From positions 1,922 through 65,921 of the forward strand of contig JAPLWX010000028.1 in the NCBI GenBank assembly GCA_026396415.1: a stretch of 64,000 bases of DNA, in the 5' to 3' direction. The notes below the pieces were generated by a model that was not told where the DNA came from, made no database searches, and saw only the letters and a program-made list of their open reading frames with translations. A program made the translations under genes and the position numbers. The DNA is from Candidatus Micrarchaeota archaeon. GTDB taxonomy: Archaea; Micrarchaeota; Micrarchaeia; Anstonellales; Anstonellaceae. Numbering within the stretch: position 1 is the first letter of the stretch; each line of letters opens with the position of its first letter. Shown here piece by piece: positions 38,019 to 48,913 of the stretch.

Positions 38019-39368
38019 CTAGCCTGGGCCGCCCTCTTTCAAGGCAGCTGATGCAAAGTTCCGAAGCATCTTCTCCGAGTTGCCCGCCTTGGGAGGATAA
38101 TCGCCGGCTGCCAATATCCTCAGCTGGGAAAACGCCACCATGAAAGGGAAGAGCGGGAGGGTGGCAAGCAACAGAGCTGTGCCTGCGAGAAGATGGATTG
38201 GATGCTTGCCCCAGCAATAGTGCTTTCCCTTGTAGCGGACAGGCTTTATGAACATAAGATACGGGATGAAAAAACTGTACTTCTCGATGAAAGCCCCTGT
38301 TGGCGCAAAATAGTCGCCAGGGGCAAAAAGCAGCCCGAGGAACATGCCGATATGAGAAACCCTCCGCCGTATCTTTGCCAAAGTCCCGATATTTCCCTTC
38401 CATTTCTCCAAATAAATCACAGCCGCGCCACTCCCTTGCCCGATGCCAAGCACGGTTCCCTTCGCGCCCGCATCCACACTTGCTTCCGGGATGGCAAAGG
38501 AGAGGCGGTCGTACCTTTTGCCAAGGTCCATCAAGCAGCCATCCAGCATGACGCCAAACAGTGTGGGGCTTGCCATGGAGGAGAAAATGAAAGAATAGCA
38601 GTAGTTGTAAATCATCCTGCCAGCGGAAAGCAGCGCATCCTTGGCCCGCAAGCAGGTGATTGCCCGGTATAAAGCCAAGTTGTGTATGGCGAACCCTGCC
38701 CTGTAATAATAGAGGAATTTCGGCCCGCCGGATGCAACTTCGAACAGCACCATGCTCAGGTAGGGATGGCGCGTTTTTTGGCCTTTTCCCATGAACAGCA
38801 TGCCGTCGGCTTCCAGCCTGGCCTGGTAGTCCATGTCCTCGGCGCCCTTGAAGAACATGGCGTATTCGAATCCTGATTTCTCAAAAACCTTGCGCGGGAC
38901 CGTGCCATACCTGTTTATGCAGTAAACTTCTTTCTTGCCATCCTCGTTCGAAAGCGGCAGGACCGCCTTGCCCTCCCTGCGCGCGGTTTCCACGAGCGCG
39001 CCCAGGAAATCATCCGAGCAGGGGAAGCAGTCAACGTCCGCGTTTGCCACGAATTCATAGCCAAGAAAATAGCCGAGCATCTGGCCGATTGAAAAACTCC
39101 CGGACGAGCCGAGCGGCGCCCTCTCGCGGTAATTGATGATGTTGAGGCCTGGCGGGATGGCTGAGGGGGCATGCCCGAGTATGAGGACGTCAAACCCTTT
39201 TTTCTTCTGCCTTGAGAGGATTGCGAGATGCTCGGACAGCAGCCGTGTGTCGGTGCCGCACGGGATGATTATGACCGCTTCGTTTTCCTTTTCCCCGGAA
39301 ATGTGGCAGACTAGCCGTTCCAACTGTACACGAAGCCCATCCACCAAAACCACCAATGCCAAAGACAA
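38019..39368 (-). CDS. GT-A-like glycosyltransferase with C-terminal membrane region (paralog 1 of 3)
   Basis: N-terminal IIIPCG..DT, ADVDC (DXD-like) and GAEDMDYQ blocks, then hydrophobic C-terminal segments. Paralogous to 47945-48913 and, more distantly, 39388-40758. Confidence 0.55.
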   Translation of the reverse strand: MSLALVVLVDGLRVQLERLVCHISGEKENEAVIIIPCGTDTRLLSEHLAILSRQKKKGFDVLILGHAPSAIPPGLNIINYRERAPLGSSGSFSIGQMLGYFLGYEFVANADVDCFPCSDDFLGALVETARREGKAVLPLSNEDGKKEVYCINRYGTVPRKVFEKSGFEYAMFFKGAEDMDYQARLEADGMLFMGKGQKTRHPYLSMVLFEVASGGPKFLYYYRAGFAIHNLALYRAITCLRAKDALLSAGRMIYNYCYSFIFSSMASPTLFGVMLDGCLMDLGKRYDRLSFAIPEASVDAGAKGTVLGIGQGSGAAVIYLEKWKGNIGTLAKIRRRVSHIGMFLGLLFAPGDYFAPTGAFIEKYSFFIPYLMFIKPVRYKGKHYCWGKHPIHLLAGTALLLATLPLFPFMVAFSQLRILAAGDYPPKAGNSEKMLRNFASAALKEGGPG

Positions 39369-39387
39369 ACGGATGGAAGTGATTTAA

Positions 39388-40758
39388 ATGAATGGCAAGC
39401 AGACCTATTGCCCGTCAGGTGGGAATATGGAACTGGAGTTTGAGGATTTGGGCGGCTTTTACCGCACACCGCCGGCTTTGGAGGACTTGGTTTTCGAGGC
39501 AAAGGACCAGCGGCGCGGGAAGCGCGAGTTGCTCATAATCGTCCCATCCTACCATGACCACTACCGGCTCGGCAAGTTTTTGGCATGCATGAAAAGGCAG
39601 ACCTTCGGCGGCTTTGATGTCGCGGTGATATTGGCGAAGGACGACGAATTCGTCGATGCTTTGGGGCTGACGCTTTGCCAGGTCAAGCGGAATGTGGATG
39701 CCGGGTTTGCAGGCGCGGTTTACCTGGGCCAGCTCCTGGCGCTGGAAGGGGGCTACAAATACTACCTTTTTACCGACGTGGACAGGGTGCCGCATGATGA
39801 AGGCGTTCTCCAGCTGCTTTATGACACCGCGGAAAAGAAACAGGCGGATTTTGTCTATGGCAACAACATCCTGAAGGGGTATTATTTTGACTCTGGCGGC
39901 TTTTTCGAATTCAAGAACCCCCATGTGACAAAGTCGAACTGCGTCTTCGGGCTGATAAGGACCTCCACGCTGGAAAGGACCGGGCTTTACGCCCTGCCGC
40001 TGTATCTTGGCTATGAGGACGTCGAGTTCGAATACCGCCTTAGGAAGGCGATAGGCGCCCAAGCCTACCTTGGCAGGACAATCTATGAACGCTACTGCTC
40101 TTCTGCAAAAAACGCTTTCCTGAAGAACTTCAGGAACGGCAGGATGGACAATCTCTATGGCTACCCTACCATGGTGTGCCTTTTCAACAGCCCGCAGACC
40201 ATATGCCACCTTGGCTTTTTTACAAAGGTGAACATGGTCTTCCTCGTCCTTCTGGTGCAGAAGTTTTCCGCGCTGCGCATACCGGGCCTTTCGAGGCTTG
40301 AGGAAAACGCAAGGAGAGGCACGCTGGTAAAGACGCACGCAACGGGGGTTTCGGATGAGATAACGACGACGAGGGCGGAAACGGGCATTGTCGAGGATTA
40401 TGGGAACCACATAGCCCATGCCACGGTGGAAAACTCTGCCCGCATACTGTCGGCGATCTTTTCCCATTCAGTTGGCTACAAAACGTCCAGCTATTCGCCA
40501 TTGTTCGATTTTTTCATACACGACACATTCTATGTTTTTGATGAAGGGCAGAAAGCCACGCTGCTTTTCGAATGGAAGCGCAAGCCGGGCCTGGCTGCAA
40601 AATTGCTCGCCTTTTCTTCTGCGCTCATTGACGCCGCAGCCGTGCTTCTCAGGTCCCAGTATCTTGATGCCATTGGCGGCAAAAGCATGTTCGACCGGTA
40701 CGGAGAAGGCAGGGTCGGGGAAACCATGGCCAAAGCGAGGGGCAAGGGCGGCCAATGA
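39388..40758 (+). CDS. GT-A-like glycosyltransferase (paralog 2 of 3, divergent)
   Basis: LLIIVPSY, TDVDR and GYEDVEFEYRL blocks in the same order as the paralogs. Confidence 0.5.
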   Translation: MNGKQTYCPSGGNMELEFEDLGGFYRTPPALEDLVFEAKDQRRGKRELLIIVPSYHDHYRLGKFLACMKRQTFGGFDVAVILAKDDEFVDALGLTLCQVKRNVDAGFAGAVYLGQLLALEGGYKYYLFTDVDRVPHDEGVLQLLYDTAEKKQADFVYGNNILKGYYFDSGGFFEFKNPHVTKSNCVFGLIRTSTLERTGLYALPLYLGYEDVEFEYRLRKAIGAQAYLGRTIYERYCSSAKNAFLKNFRNGRMDNLYGYPTMVCLFNSPQTICHLGFFTKVNMVFLVLLVQKFSALRIPGLSRLEENARRGTLVKTHATGVSDEITTTRAETGIVEDYGNHIAHATVENSARILSAIFSHSVGYKTSSYSPLFDFFIHDTFYVFDEGQKATLLFEWKRKPGLAAKLLAFSSALIDAAAVLLRSQYLDAIGGKSMFDRYGEGRVGETMAKARGKGGQ

Positions 40759-40849
40759 GTTTCCAGTTGCAAAGGATGCCCGGCACGGCTGCAGCGCCCG
40801 CCAGGCATATCATATTAAATTCCATTTCCAATAGGGGCATGAGGTCATT

Positions 40850-41758
40850 ATGAACAAGCGCGCTCTGATTTACGGCATTTCCGGCCAGGACGGCTCCTAC
40901 CTGAGCGAGCTGCTGCTTTCCAAAGGCTATGAGGTGGCCGGCACAGTGCGCAACCATGGGAAGGAAACGCTGCCGCCTGTTTCCAGCAAGGCAAAAATCT
41001 ACCGCGCCGACCTAGCAGCAAAGCCTGCGGGTTTTCTCCGCCCCATTGATGATTTTGAGCCCGATGAGGTTTACAACCTGGCAGGGATCCATCTGCAGCA
41101 CATCACCAGTCAAAACGCCCGGCTTGCGGAAAAAGTGAATGCCGCCGCCCCGGAATCGATGCTTGCCCATATCCATAGCCACTGCGCAATGGCGAAATTC
41201 TTCCAGGCATCTTCTGCATATGTATTTGGCGACAAGGCCGGCCGCGTGGATGAAAGCACATGCCCTGCCCCAAATTCCGTCTACGCCAGGACCAAGCTTG
41301 CGGCGCAGCAAAGCGTCCTGCGCTATCGCCTGCTGGGCATGTTTGCGGCAGCAGGCATACTTTTCAACCACGAATCTCCGCTCCGCAGCGAGGATTTCGT
41401 GACCAGGAAAATCTCAGCGTACGTGGCAAGGGAGAAACTTGGGCTCAATGGCGGCAAGGCGCTGATGCTCGGCAACCTGGACGCAAAGCGCGATTGGGGG
41501 TTTGCAGGGGACTATGTGGAAGCGATGTGGCTCATGCTGCAGCAGAAGCAGCCGGATGATTATGTCATTGCAACCGGCGAGCCGCACAGCGTGCGCGAAT
41601 TCTGCCAGGAGAAAAGCATGTCCGCTCCGACCCCGCCCTTGTCCGGCCCGAGTCGGGCTTCATGCTCGCAGATGCAAGCAAAGCGCGGGAAAAGCTTGGC
41701 TGGAAGCCCAGGATGGGATTTTCCGGCCTGGTCCGGCTCCTGGTGGATACTGATATAA
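40850..41758 (+). CDS. divergent GDP-mannose-4,6-dehydratase-like enzyme (C-terminus out of frame)
   Basis: IYGISGQDGSYL, NHESPLRSE and [11 protein letters not shown] blocks. After CQE the conserved GMD C-terminus ([19 protein letters not shown]) continues in the -1 frame. Confidence 0.55.
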   Translation: MNKRALIYGISGQDGSYLSELLLSKGYEVAGTVRNHGKETLPPVSSKAKIYRADLAAKPAGFLRPIDDFEPDEVYNLAGIHLQHITSQNARLAEKVNAAAPESMLAHIHSHCAMAKFFQASSAYVFGDKAGRVDESTCPAPNSVYARTKLAAQQSVLRYRLLGMFAAAGILFNHESPLRSEDFVTRKISAYVAREKLGLNGGKALMLGNLDAKRDWGFAGDYVEAMWLMLQQKQPDDYVIATGEPHSVREFCQEKSMSAPTPPLSGPSRASCSQMQAKRGKSLAGSPGWDFPAWSGSWWILI

Positions 41759-41789
41759 AAAGGCTTGGTAGGAAAAATGACGGTTGTGA

Positions 41790-42683
<894 letters not shown>

Positions 42684-42753
42684 AGCTTGCGCGCATGATG
42701 GTGGATGCCGACATGTCCCATATAAAAAAGCTCCATAATATCTAAAACGTCAG

Positions 42754-44058
42754 ATGATGGTGGATACTGTGCAAAATGAAAAAATTCAACCGGTCAGGAA
42801 GATAACCTCGTGCCGCGTATGCGGCAATGCCAGCCTGGTCCCCATACTTTCGCTTGGCGACCAATACGTCTCGAATTTCGTGGCCTCTGAATCGGAACAG
42901 GGGGAAAAAATCCCGCTGAACATAGTCCTTTGCGAGGAAAAGAGCGGAGGATGCGGCCTTCTGCAGCTTGAGCACACCACGCCCCCCGACATAATGTATG
43001 CGCATTACTGGTATCTTTCCGGGATAAACGAGTCCATGAAAGTTGCGCTCGCAGACATAACCAAATGCGTGGAGGCCATGATTCCTCTCCAGGCAGGGGA
43101 CATGGTGCTGGACATTGGCTGCAACGACGGCACCCTTTTGCGCAGCTACACGAAAAAAGGGATAAAGCTGGTGGGCATTGACCCCGCCAAGAACCTGCCC
43201 AAGTACTCGTCGGTCGGCACCACCAAGATACTCAACGACTATTTTTCCGCGCGCACCGTGCAGAGGCATTTCCCAGGCGAAAAGGCGCGCGTGGTGACTG
43301 CCATTGCCATGTTTTATGACCTGGATGACCCGAATGGATTTGTAGCGGATGTTGCCGGCATATTGAGACAGGACGGCATTTTCGTGGTACAGATGAGCTA
43401 CCTGCCATTGATGCTGGAGACCAATGCGTTCGACAACATCTGCCACGAGCACCTGGAGTATTATTCCTTGGCTTCGCTTGGCAACCTGCTTGCAAGGCAC
43501 GGCTTGGAAATATTCGACATGTCCCAAAACGACGTCAACGGCGGAAGCTTCCGCGTCTATTGTCGCTTTGCGGGAAGCGCGGTGCCGCAGCCGCCTGGCG
43601 CCAAGCAGAGGCTTGCGGAATTCGTGCGCAGGGAAAGGGAAATGGGGCTGTCAGGCAGGAAGCCCTACGAGGATTTTTCATCCCGCGTGCAGGCCATCAG
43701 GGAAAAGACGGTCGCGTTCATCAAAAAGGAGCGGGCAGGCGGCAAGAGGATATTTGTCTACGGCGCCTCCACCAAGGGGAACACGCTGCTCCAGACTTTT
43801 GGGCTGGACCACAAAACGATCGAGGCTGCCGCAGAGCGGAACCCGGACAAGTACGGGAAGAAGACAATCGGCACGCTGATACCCATAATTTCAGAGGACG
43901 AGGCGCGGAAGCTCAAGCCCGATTATTTCCTGGTCCTTCCCTGGCACTTCATCAGCTCGTTCGTAAAGCGCGAAAGGGGCTATCTTTCCTCGGGCGGCAA
44001 ATTCATCGTGCCCCTGCCGGAGTTCAGGATAATCGGCTCGGCAGATGAGATGGGCTGA
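42754..44058 (+). CDS. NDP-hexose C-methyltransferase (TylCIII-like, zinc ribbon + MTase + C-MT C-terminal domain)
   Basis: N-terminal CRVCG..C..C zinc-binding module, DIGCNDGTLL SAM motif, and a C-terminal domain as in the Methyltransf_13/14 family. Confidence 0.7.
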   Translation: MMVDTVQNEKIQPVRKITSCRVCGNASLVPILSLGDQYVSNFVASESEQGEKIPLNIVLCEEKSGGCGLLQLEHTTPPDIMYAHYWYLSGINESMKVALADITKCVEAMIPLQAGDMVLDIGCNDGTLLRSYTKKGIKLVGIDPAKNLPKYSSVGTTKILNDYFSARTVQRHFPGEKARVVTAIAMFYDLDDPNGFVADVAGILRQDGIFVVQMSYLPLMLETNAFDNICHEHLEYYSLASLGNLLARHGLEIFDMSQNDVNGGSFRVYCRFAGSAVPQPPGAKQRLAEFVRREREMGLSGRKPYEDFSSRVQAIREKTVAFIKKERAGGKRIFVYGASTKGNTLLQTFGLDHKTIEAAAERNPDKYGKKTIGTLIPIISEDEARKLKPDYFLVLPWHFISSFVKRERGYLSSGGKFIVPLPEFRIIGSADEMG

Positions 44059-44198
44059 GTTGCTTTCCTATGGGACGGGCATTGCAGGCCAAAAAGAGGA
44101 ACGCGCCCAACGGCGATTCGCGGGCCCGCCTGCCGGATTTGGCGGGTGCCGACCAGCATTCTTAAAAGGATGGAAGAGCACCATTTGGAAAAGATTAT

Positions 44199-45368
44199 AT
44201 GGGCAAGGAGAAGATTCTTTTCATCTGCACGAGCATGCCTACGAGGCTCGGCGGCGTGCGAAGGCTCTACAACAACATGCTGTTTTTCTCGAAAAAATAT
44301 GAAATCCATTTCGCAAAGCTGACGCTTGACAATGCAAAGGCAGTGGCAGAAATCAAAATGCCCTCGTGGATAAACTTCGTGGAAGTGGCGCCTGGGAAAG
44401 TGCCTTTTGACCCCGAGATGGCGTGCCTGGTCCCGCCAGCCTGGAATGAATACAGGAGTGCCGGCGGCTGTGAAAAAAAGCTGCAGGAGTACATCGATAA
44501 GAACGGCATTGCCATTGTGTTCTGCCACTCGATAACGCTCTCGTTTGCGCTGCGGGGGCTGAAAGCAAAGGTAAAGATTGCGGATATTGTTGATTCTGTC
44601 CTGAATTATTACAAGACAAAGGACAATGCATGCCCGACAATCACATCCAAATTGCTCTATTTTTCCCAATCGGCATTGTACAGGCGGCTTGAAAAAATAA
44701 TAGACCGGGATTACGACCTGGTGCTTTTCTGCTCTGAAATAGACAGGCGGGAAAGCCTGATACCAAAAAACAAGACGTGCCTCTTGGATGTCATTTACAT
44801 ATCCGACTTGGAAAATGAGGAAAAGCAGGGGCCCAAAAACACCGGGGCCAGGCCCATCGACGTGGCAATCATGGGAAGATGGGAGCACCCGCCAAACCGG
44901 GATGGGCTTGCCCGCGTGGCAAAACAGCTCGGGAAAATCAATGGCAACATCAGGATTATCGGCCCGAACCTCCCCCAAAGGCTGCAGCTTCCGCCAAATG
45001 TGGAAAGGGTTGGGTTCGTGGATGACATTGAGGATACCCTGTCGAATTCCAAGGTGTGCCTTGTGCCGGTATGGTACGGCCCAGGCCTGCAGAACAAGGT
45101 GTTTGACGCATTGAAATGTGGGTGCATCATCGTATCGACCCCGCACACGAGAATACAGATGGAGGCGAATGGATTCCGCTCTGAATCGATCATATACACT
45201 GATGACATGGCAGGCGCCGTCAACACAGCACTGCAGAATTATGGGAATGAGGGCGCTGGCGGGATGTACAGGATATATTCGGAATGGGAAAAAATCTCGC
45301 GGAAAAACAAGATGGAATATTCGCAAAAGCTCGAGCGGATCCTGCAAAGCAAAGGCACGGACCCCTAG
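44199..45368 (+). CDS. glycosyltransferase (GT-B fold, GT4-like)
   Basis: C-terminal Glycos_transf_1-like region (VWYGPGLQNKVFDALKCGCIIVST). Confidence 0.55.
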   Translation: MGKEKILFICTSMPTRLGGVRRLYNNMLFFSKKYEIHFAKLTLDNAKAVAEIKMPSWINFVEVAPGKVPFDPEMACLVPPAWNEYRSAGGCEKKLQEYIDKNGIAIVFCHSITLSFALRGLKAKVKIADIVDSVLNYYKTKDNACPTITSKLLYFSQSALYRRLEKIIDRDYDLVLFCSEIDRRESLIPKNKTCLLDVIYISDLENEEKQGPKNTGARPIDVAIMGRWEHPPNRDGLARVAKQLGKINGNIRIIGPNLPQRLQLPPNVERVGFVDDIEDTLSNSKVCLVPVWYGPGLQNKVFDALKCGCIIVSTPHTRIQMEANGFRSESIIYTDDMAGAVNTALQNYGNEGAGGMYRIYSEWEKISRKNKMEYSQKLERILQSKGTDP

Positions 45369-45431
45369 GCCATTGCCAGGCGTTTCCCGCTTAGGGATTT
45401 AATCTGCTGGAAAAGCCCGTGGTGAAAAACG

Positions 45432-46109
45432 ATGAAAAACAAACTGGCTGGATGGGCGGCTTCAATAAGGAACCTGTGGATGATGCGCCAGCTGAACGCC
45501 GCCCGTTTTGGCGAGATACTCAACGAGGCGACGATTTACGGGACTCCGGAAGCGGGAAGGGTGCATTTCAATGGCAGGCTGGCGACATTCGCATTCTTGG
45601 GCAGGAAACTGACGCTGAGAGAGGGCGAAGTCGAGCTCGTCGAGGTATTCTTCCATGACATCTATGGCAGGCTCGATGTGAAAGGCAAAACAGTAATCGA
45701 TGCCGGCTGCGGGGTCGGAGACACTCCGATAGTATTTTCCCTGCGGGGGGCAAACCATGTCATAGGATACGACGCGAATGAAAAGAGAATAGAAACGGCA
45801 AAGTGGAACGTTGGCAGGAATTGCATCAAAAACACGGATCTTTCATGCAGGTTCATCAAAAGCCTTGCGGAGCTGCCATTCGGCGAAGCCCTGAAGATTG
45901 ATATCGAAGGGGGAGAACATGAAATATTCAGAGAGGCAGAAGATCGGGACATATTGAAGTTCGATGAGATAATAATGGAATGCCATGGCGGATACAATGA
46001 TATCGAAGGCAGGCTGCGAGGGCTGGGGTATGAAACGGAAATATACAATCCGACCTTCAACGGCAGGAACGTGATGCTATATGCAAAAAAGGCAGGTGGA
46101 AAAAGATGA
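45432..46109 (+). CDS. FkbM-family methyltransferase
   Basis: VIDAGCGVGDT and LKIDIEGGEHEIF motifs characteristic of the FkbM domain. Confidence 0.7.
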   Translation: MKNKLAGWAASIRNLWMMRQLNAARFGEILNEATIYGTPEAGRVHFNGRLATFAFLGRKLTLREGEVELVEVFFHDIYGRLDVKGKTVIDAGCGVGDTPIVFSLRGANHVIGYDANEKRIETAKWNVGRNCIKNTDLSCRFIKSLAELPFGEALKIDIEGGEHEIFREAEDRDILKFDEIIMECHGGYNDIEGRLRGLGYETEIYNPTFNGRNVMLYAKKAGGKR

Positions 46110-46828
46110 AAGCGGACTACAAGGATTACTTCAAGATGACGCTTGGCGGCTTCAACCTCAAGGACTACGTATATTTTGAATCCGAATATGCTTTCCGCCA
46201 CCATTTTGACCGCACCCAGCCGCCAGGGGCATTGCTGGATTTCGGGGGCAGGATAGGCGAGAAGACGCGCCGCATTGGGAACGTGGTGGTGTGTGAGGTC
46301 GATGGCTCCGCGAGGAGGTGGATGTCGGAGCATGGCGTGAAGCACGTCGCATCAATCGACAAGGTGGAGAACGGCTCTGTCGGAACCGTATACGCGTCCC
46401 ACGTCCTGGAGCATCTCGAAAATCCAATGGAGTTCTTGTTCAAGTTCAACGCAAAACTGGGGCGCAAAGGCAGGCTGATAATTGTCGTGCCGGCCGAAGT
46501 GCAGTCCTTGGAGCCGAAAGCCCCCATCGTGGACCCTAACGGGCATATCCAGTGCTGGAACTTCGCCACGCTGATGACCTCGCTCGACCGCGCCGGGTTC
46601 AAGGTTGTGAAATGGCGGTACAACGTATTCATATGGACGCTGAAGCTGTCCAGGATGCAAAACCGCAAGCTCATGCTGCGCCTGATGGACCTGGAGGAGG
46701 CTTTGTCCAGGCGGCGGTCGTATCGTTTCATGCTCTTCTCGCTTTACTATTGGCTAAGGCCGTTCAGCAGGTTATTGCCGTGGATGGACCCGAGGCTCGA
46801 GCTGCTTGCGGTCGCGGAAAAAAAGTGA
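46106..46828 (+). CDS. class I SAM-dependent methyltransferase
   Basis: LLDFGGRIG glycine-rich motif and ASHVLEHLENP (Methyltransf_11-like). Overlaps the upstream stop by 4 nt. Confidence 0.55.
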   Translation: MKADYKDYFKMTLGGFNLKDYVYFESEYAFRHHFDRTQPPGALLDFGGRIGEKTRRIGNVVVCEVDGSARRWMSEHGVKHVASIDKVENGSVGTVYASHVLEHLENPMEFLFKFNAKLGRKGRLIIVVPAEVQSLEPKAPIVDPNGHIQCWNFATLMTSLDRAGFKVVKWRYNVFIWTLKLSRMQNRKLMLRLMDLEEALSRRRSYRFMLFSLYYWLRPFSRLLPWMDPRLELLAVAEKK

Positions 46829-46899
46829 ATGCGCGCGGAAACCAACGACGCTGGAAAATTACCGGCGGTTGGCTGCATTTCGGCTGTTTTAAAAGCAAT

Positions 46900-47934
46900 A
46901 TGGGGGATATGGCTATCATGATGGTCAATATCGTCTACCCTGGGCAGAGGGGCAGCAATCTGGAAGCCGCCCTGGCATTCCATGAAATATCCGGCAGCCT
47001 TGGAATTGAAAACCAGCTTATCCTTTCTTCGGACCTGGCGCGGAAGGGCAAAGCCAGGGAGATTTATCCGGAAGCCAAGTTTTTCAATTTCCTTTCCATT
47101 TCCGGCGTGTCCGACCTGAAAAGGGAATTATCAGGCTCCCCTGCCTTCTTTACCATGGTGTCCCCGAAGCTCATGCCGCTTTATCTCTCCGCCACAGGCA
47201 AAAAAATCCTGTATTTCCACGCCACGTATGATTATTCTTTCTCGCGGCCTTCTTTCAAGGATGCGGCGCTTGAAAAAATGTCGGAATTTCTCATGAAAAG
47301 GTCGGATCTGGTGCTTGCAACCCAGTACCCCCTGGCATGGCAGATACGCATGAGGCTCGGAATCAAGGCGGAGGTGCTGCCCCATCCGTCGTATTCTGCC
47401 ATCAGGAAAGGCTTTTTTGAAGAGTCGCAGCGCGTCGGGCTGCCTTTCAAGGATTATTTCCTGTCCTTTGGCGGGCTTGACAGGGCGTCAAAAGGCAATG
47501 ATGTGCTTCTTGAGGCAGTCAAGGGCACAGAAATCCCCATCGTGCTTGCAGGCAAGGCAAATGCGGACCATTCCGGCTCCAAAAACATCGCCCACTTGAA
47601 CCGCTGGGTGAGCGACGCGGAATTGTTCTGGCTTGTGGAGAATTCAAGGGCGGTTGTGCTTCCTTATCTCACATCCTCCCAGTTTTCAGGATGCCTCGCG
47701 CTCGCATACAGGTTTGGAAAGCCGGTGGTTGCGCCATTTTGCAATTCATTCCAGAAATATGTCGAGGATGGGAAGACAGGCGTGCTGTTCGAGCAGGGGA
47801 ACCACCACGACCTTAGGGAAAAGCTCCGGGAATTTGATTCTTGGATCCACTGTTCCGAAAGTTCATTGGTTAAGCTTGAAAAAAGAATGGATGCATCCTG
47901 CGCCTCGAAGTTCCAGGAAATCCTCGGCGCTTAG
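46900..47934 (+). CDS. glycosyltransferase family 4 (GT-B)
   Basis: C-terminal Glycos_transf_1 motif block (GCLALAYRFGKPVVAP...EDGKTGVL). A longer upstream ORF extension lacks GT features. Confidence 0.65.
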   Translation: MGDMAIMMVNIVYPGQRGSNLEAALAFHEISGSLGIENQLILSSDLARKGKAREIYPEAKFFNFLSISGVSDLKRELSGSPAFFTMVSPKLMPLYLSATGKKILYFHATYDYSFSRPSFKDAALEKMSEFLMKRSDLVLATQYPLAWQIRMRLGIKAEVLPHPSYSAIRKGFFEESQRVGLPFKDYFLSFGGLDRASKGNDVLLEAVKGTEIPIVLAGKANADHSGSKNIAHLNRWVSDAELFWLVENSRAVVLPYLTSSQFSGCLALAYRFGKPVVAPFCNSFQKYVEDGKTGVLFEQGNHHDLREKLREFDSWIHCSESSLVKLEKRMDASCASKFQEILGA

Positions 47935-47944
47935 ATGGCATGTG

Positions 47945-48913
47945 TCAAATCCCTATTTCACCAAGATTTTCAGGAGTAGGCATCCGCCTTTTTTCAATCG
48001 AGCGCATGGTTGAGGCGGCATCGAGCATGGTGAGCGGGATTGACAACACTGCGACCAATGCAGCCGCAATGCCAGGCCTTGCGTTCTTATGGGCCTTTAT
48101 ATCGGTTTCTGAAAACTCCTGCAGCCTCACTGTCTTTGCAAGCGCCCTGTCGCCAAGCATGATTGCGAAGGTGTTGTAGTAGCAGAACCATGCAAAAAAC
48201 CGCGCGTAAGAGAACGCGTCATATTGCCATGAGATTGAGAAGGCAAGCATCAGGCCCCTCAGGTATGGATAGTATTTCTTGGGGTTTTTGAGCTTCTCCG
48301 TTATGCCCATCCCGATTTTTTCATGAACCACGTTCCCGCCCCGGTACACCATGGCTTGCCGGTAATGCCTCAGCCTGTTTGAGAATTCCCAGTCCTCCCC
48401 GCCCCTGCGCGTATAAGGTATTTCAAACCCGATTTTTTCAAAAACCGCCCTTGGGAAAACGCCCCACTGGTTCACCACAAAATAATTGCCGTCGGGCTTT
48501 TTCTCCCGCGGGGCTTTTGAGAGGGGCATGACCGCCATGCCCGTCCGCCTTGCGAGCTTTATCATTTCATCCAGCGTCTTTTTGGAGTCGAGGAATGCGT
48601 CAAGGTCGGCCACCACGATGATCTCGTATCCCAGGCGGTATGACAGTGCCTGGCCCGCAAAAAAGCAGCCCGAGGTGCCAAGCGGGATTTTTTCAAAGCA
48701 GCAAAGCGCGGAAAGCCCGGTTTTCCTGGCCGCAAGCCCCTTGCGGAAAAGGAAGACGAAGTCCGCCTCCTTGTCGATGCCGAGCTTTTTTACATGGGCT
48801 AAGAACGCCTCGAGCTGCCCCAGGTCGCCGACCGGGCTGAAAATCACAACGCTGCGCCTGCCTTGCCTCGCGTCCGCAAAGCCGTCCAGCAGGCCGAACC
48901 CGTCCAAGCTCAT
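47945..48913 (-). CDS. GT-A-like glycosyltransferase (paralog 3 of 3)
   Basis: PLGTSGCFFAGQ, ADLDAF and GGEDWEF blocks align with 38019-39368. Start ATGA overlaps the stop of the upstream gene. Confidence 0.55.
   Translation of the reverse strand: MSLDGFGLLDGFADARQGRRSVVIFSPVGDLGQLEAFLAHVKKLGIDKEADFVFLFRKGLAARKTGLSALCCFEKIPLGTSGCFFAGQALSYRLGYEIIVVADLDAFLDSKKTLDEMIKLARRTGMAVMPLSKAPREKKPDGNYFVVNQWGVFPRAVFEKIGFEIPYTRRGGEDWEFSNRLRHYRQAMVYRGGNVVHEKIGMGITEKLKNPKKYYPYLRGLMLAFSISWQYDAFSYARFFAWFCYYNTFAIMLGDRALAKTVRLQEFSETDIKAHKNARPGIAAALVAVLSIPLTMLDAASTMRSIEKRRMPTPENLGEIGI

Noticed and set aside
46552-46899. Upstream 116-codon extension of the GT4 ORF (alternative start)
   Set aside because: The extension overlaps the preceding methyltransferase gene and encodes low-complexity sequence. 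The GT-B fold begins near MGDMAIMMVN.
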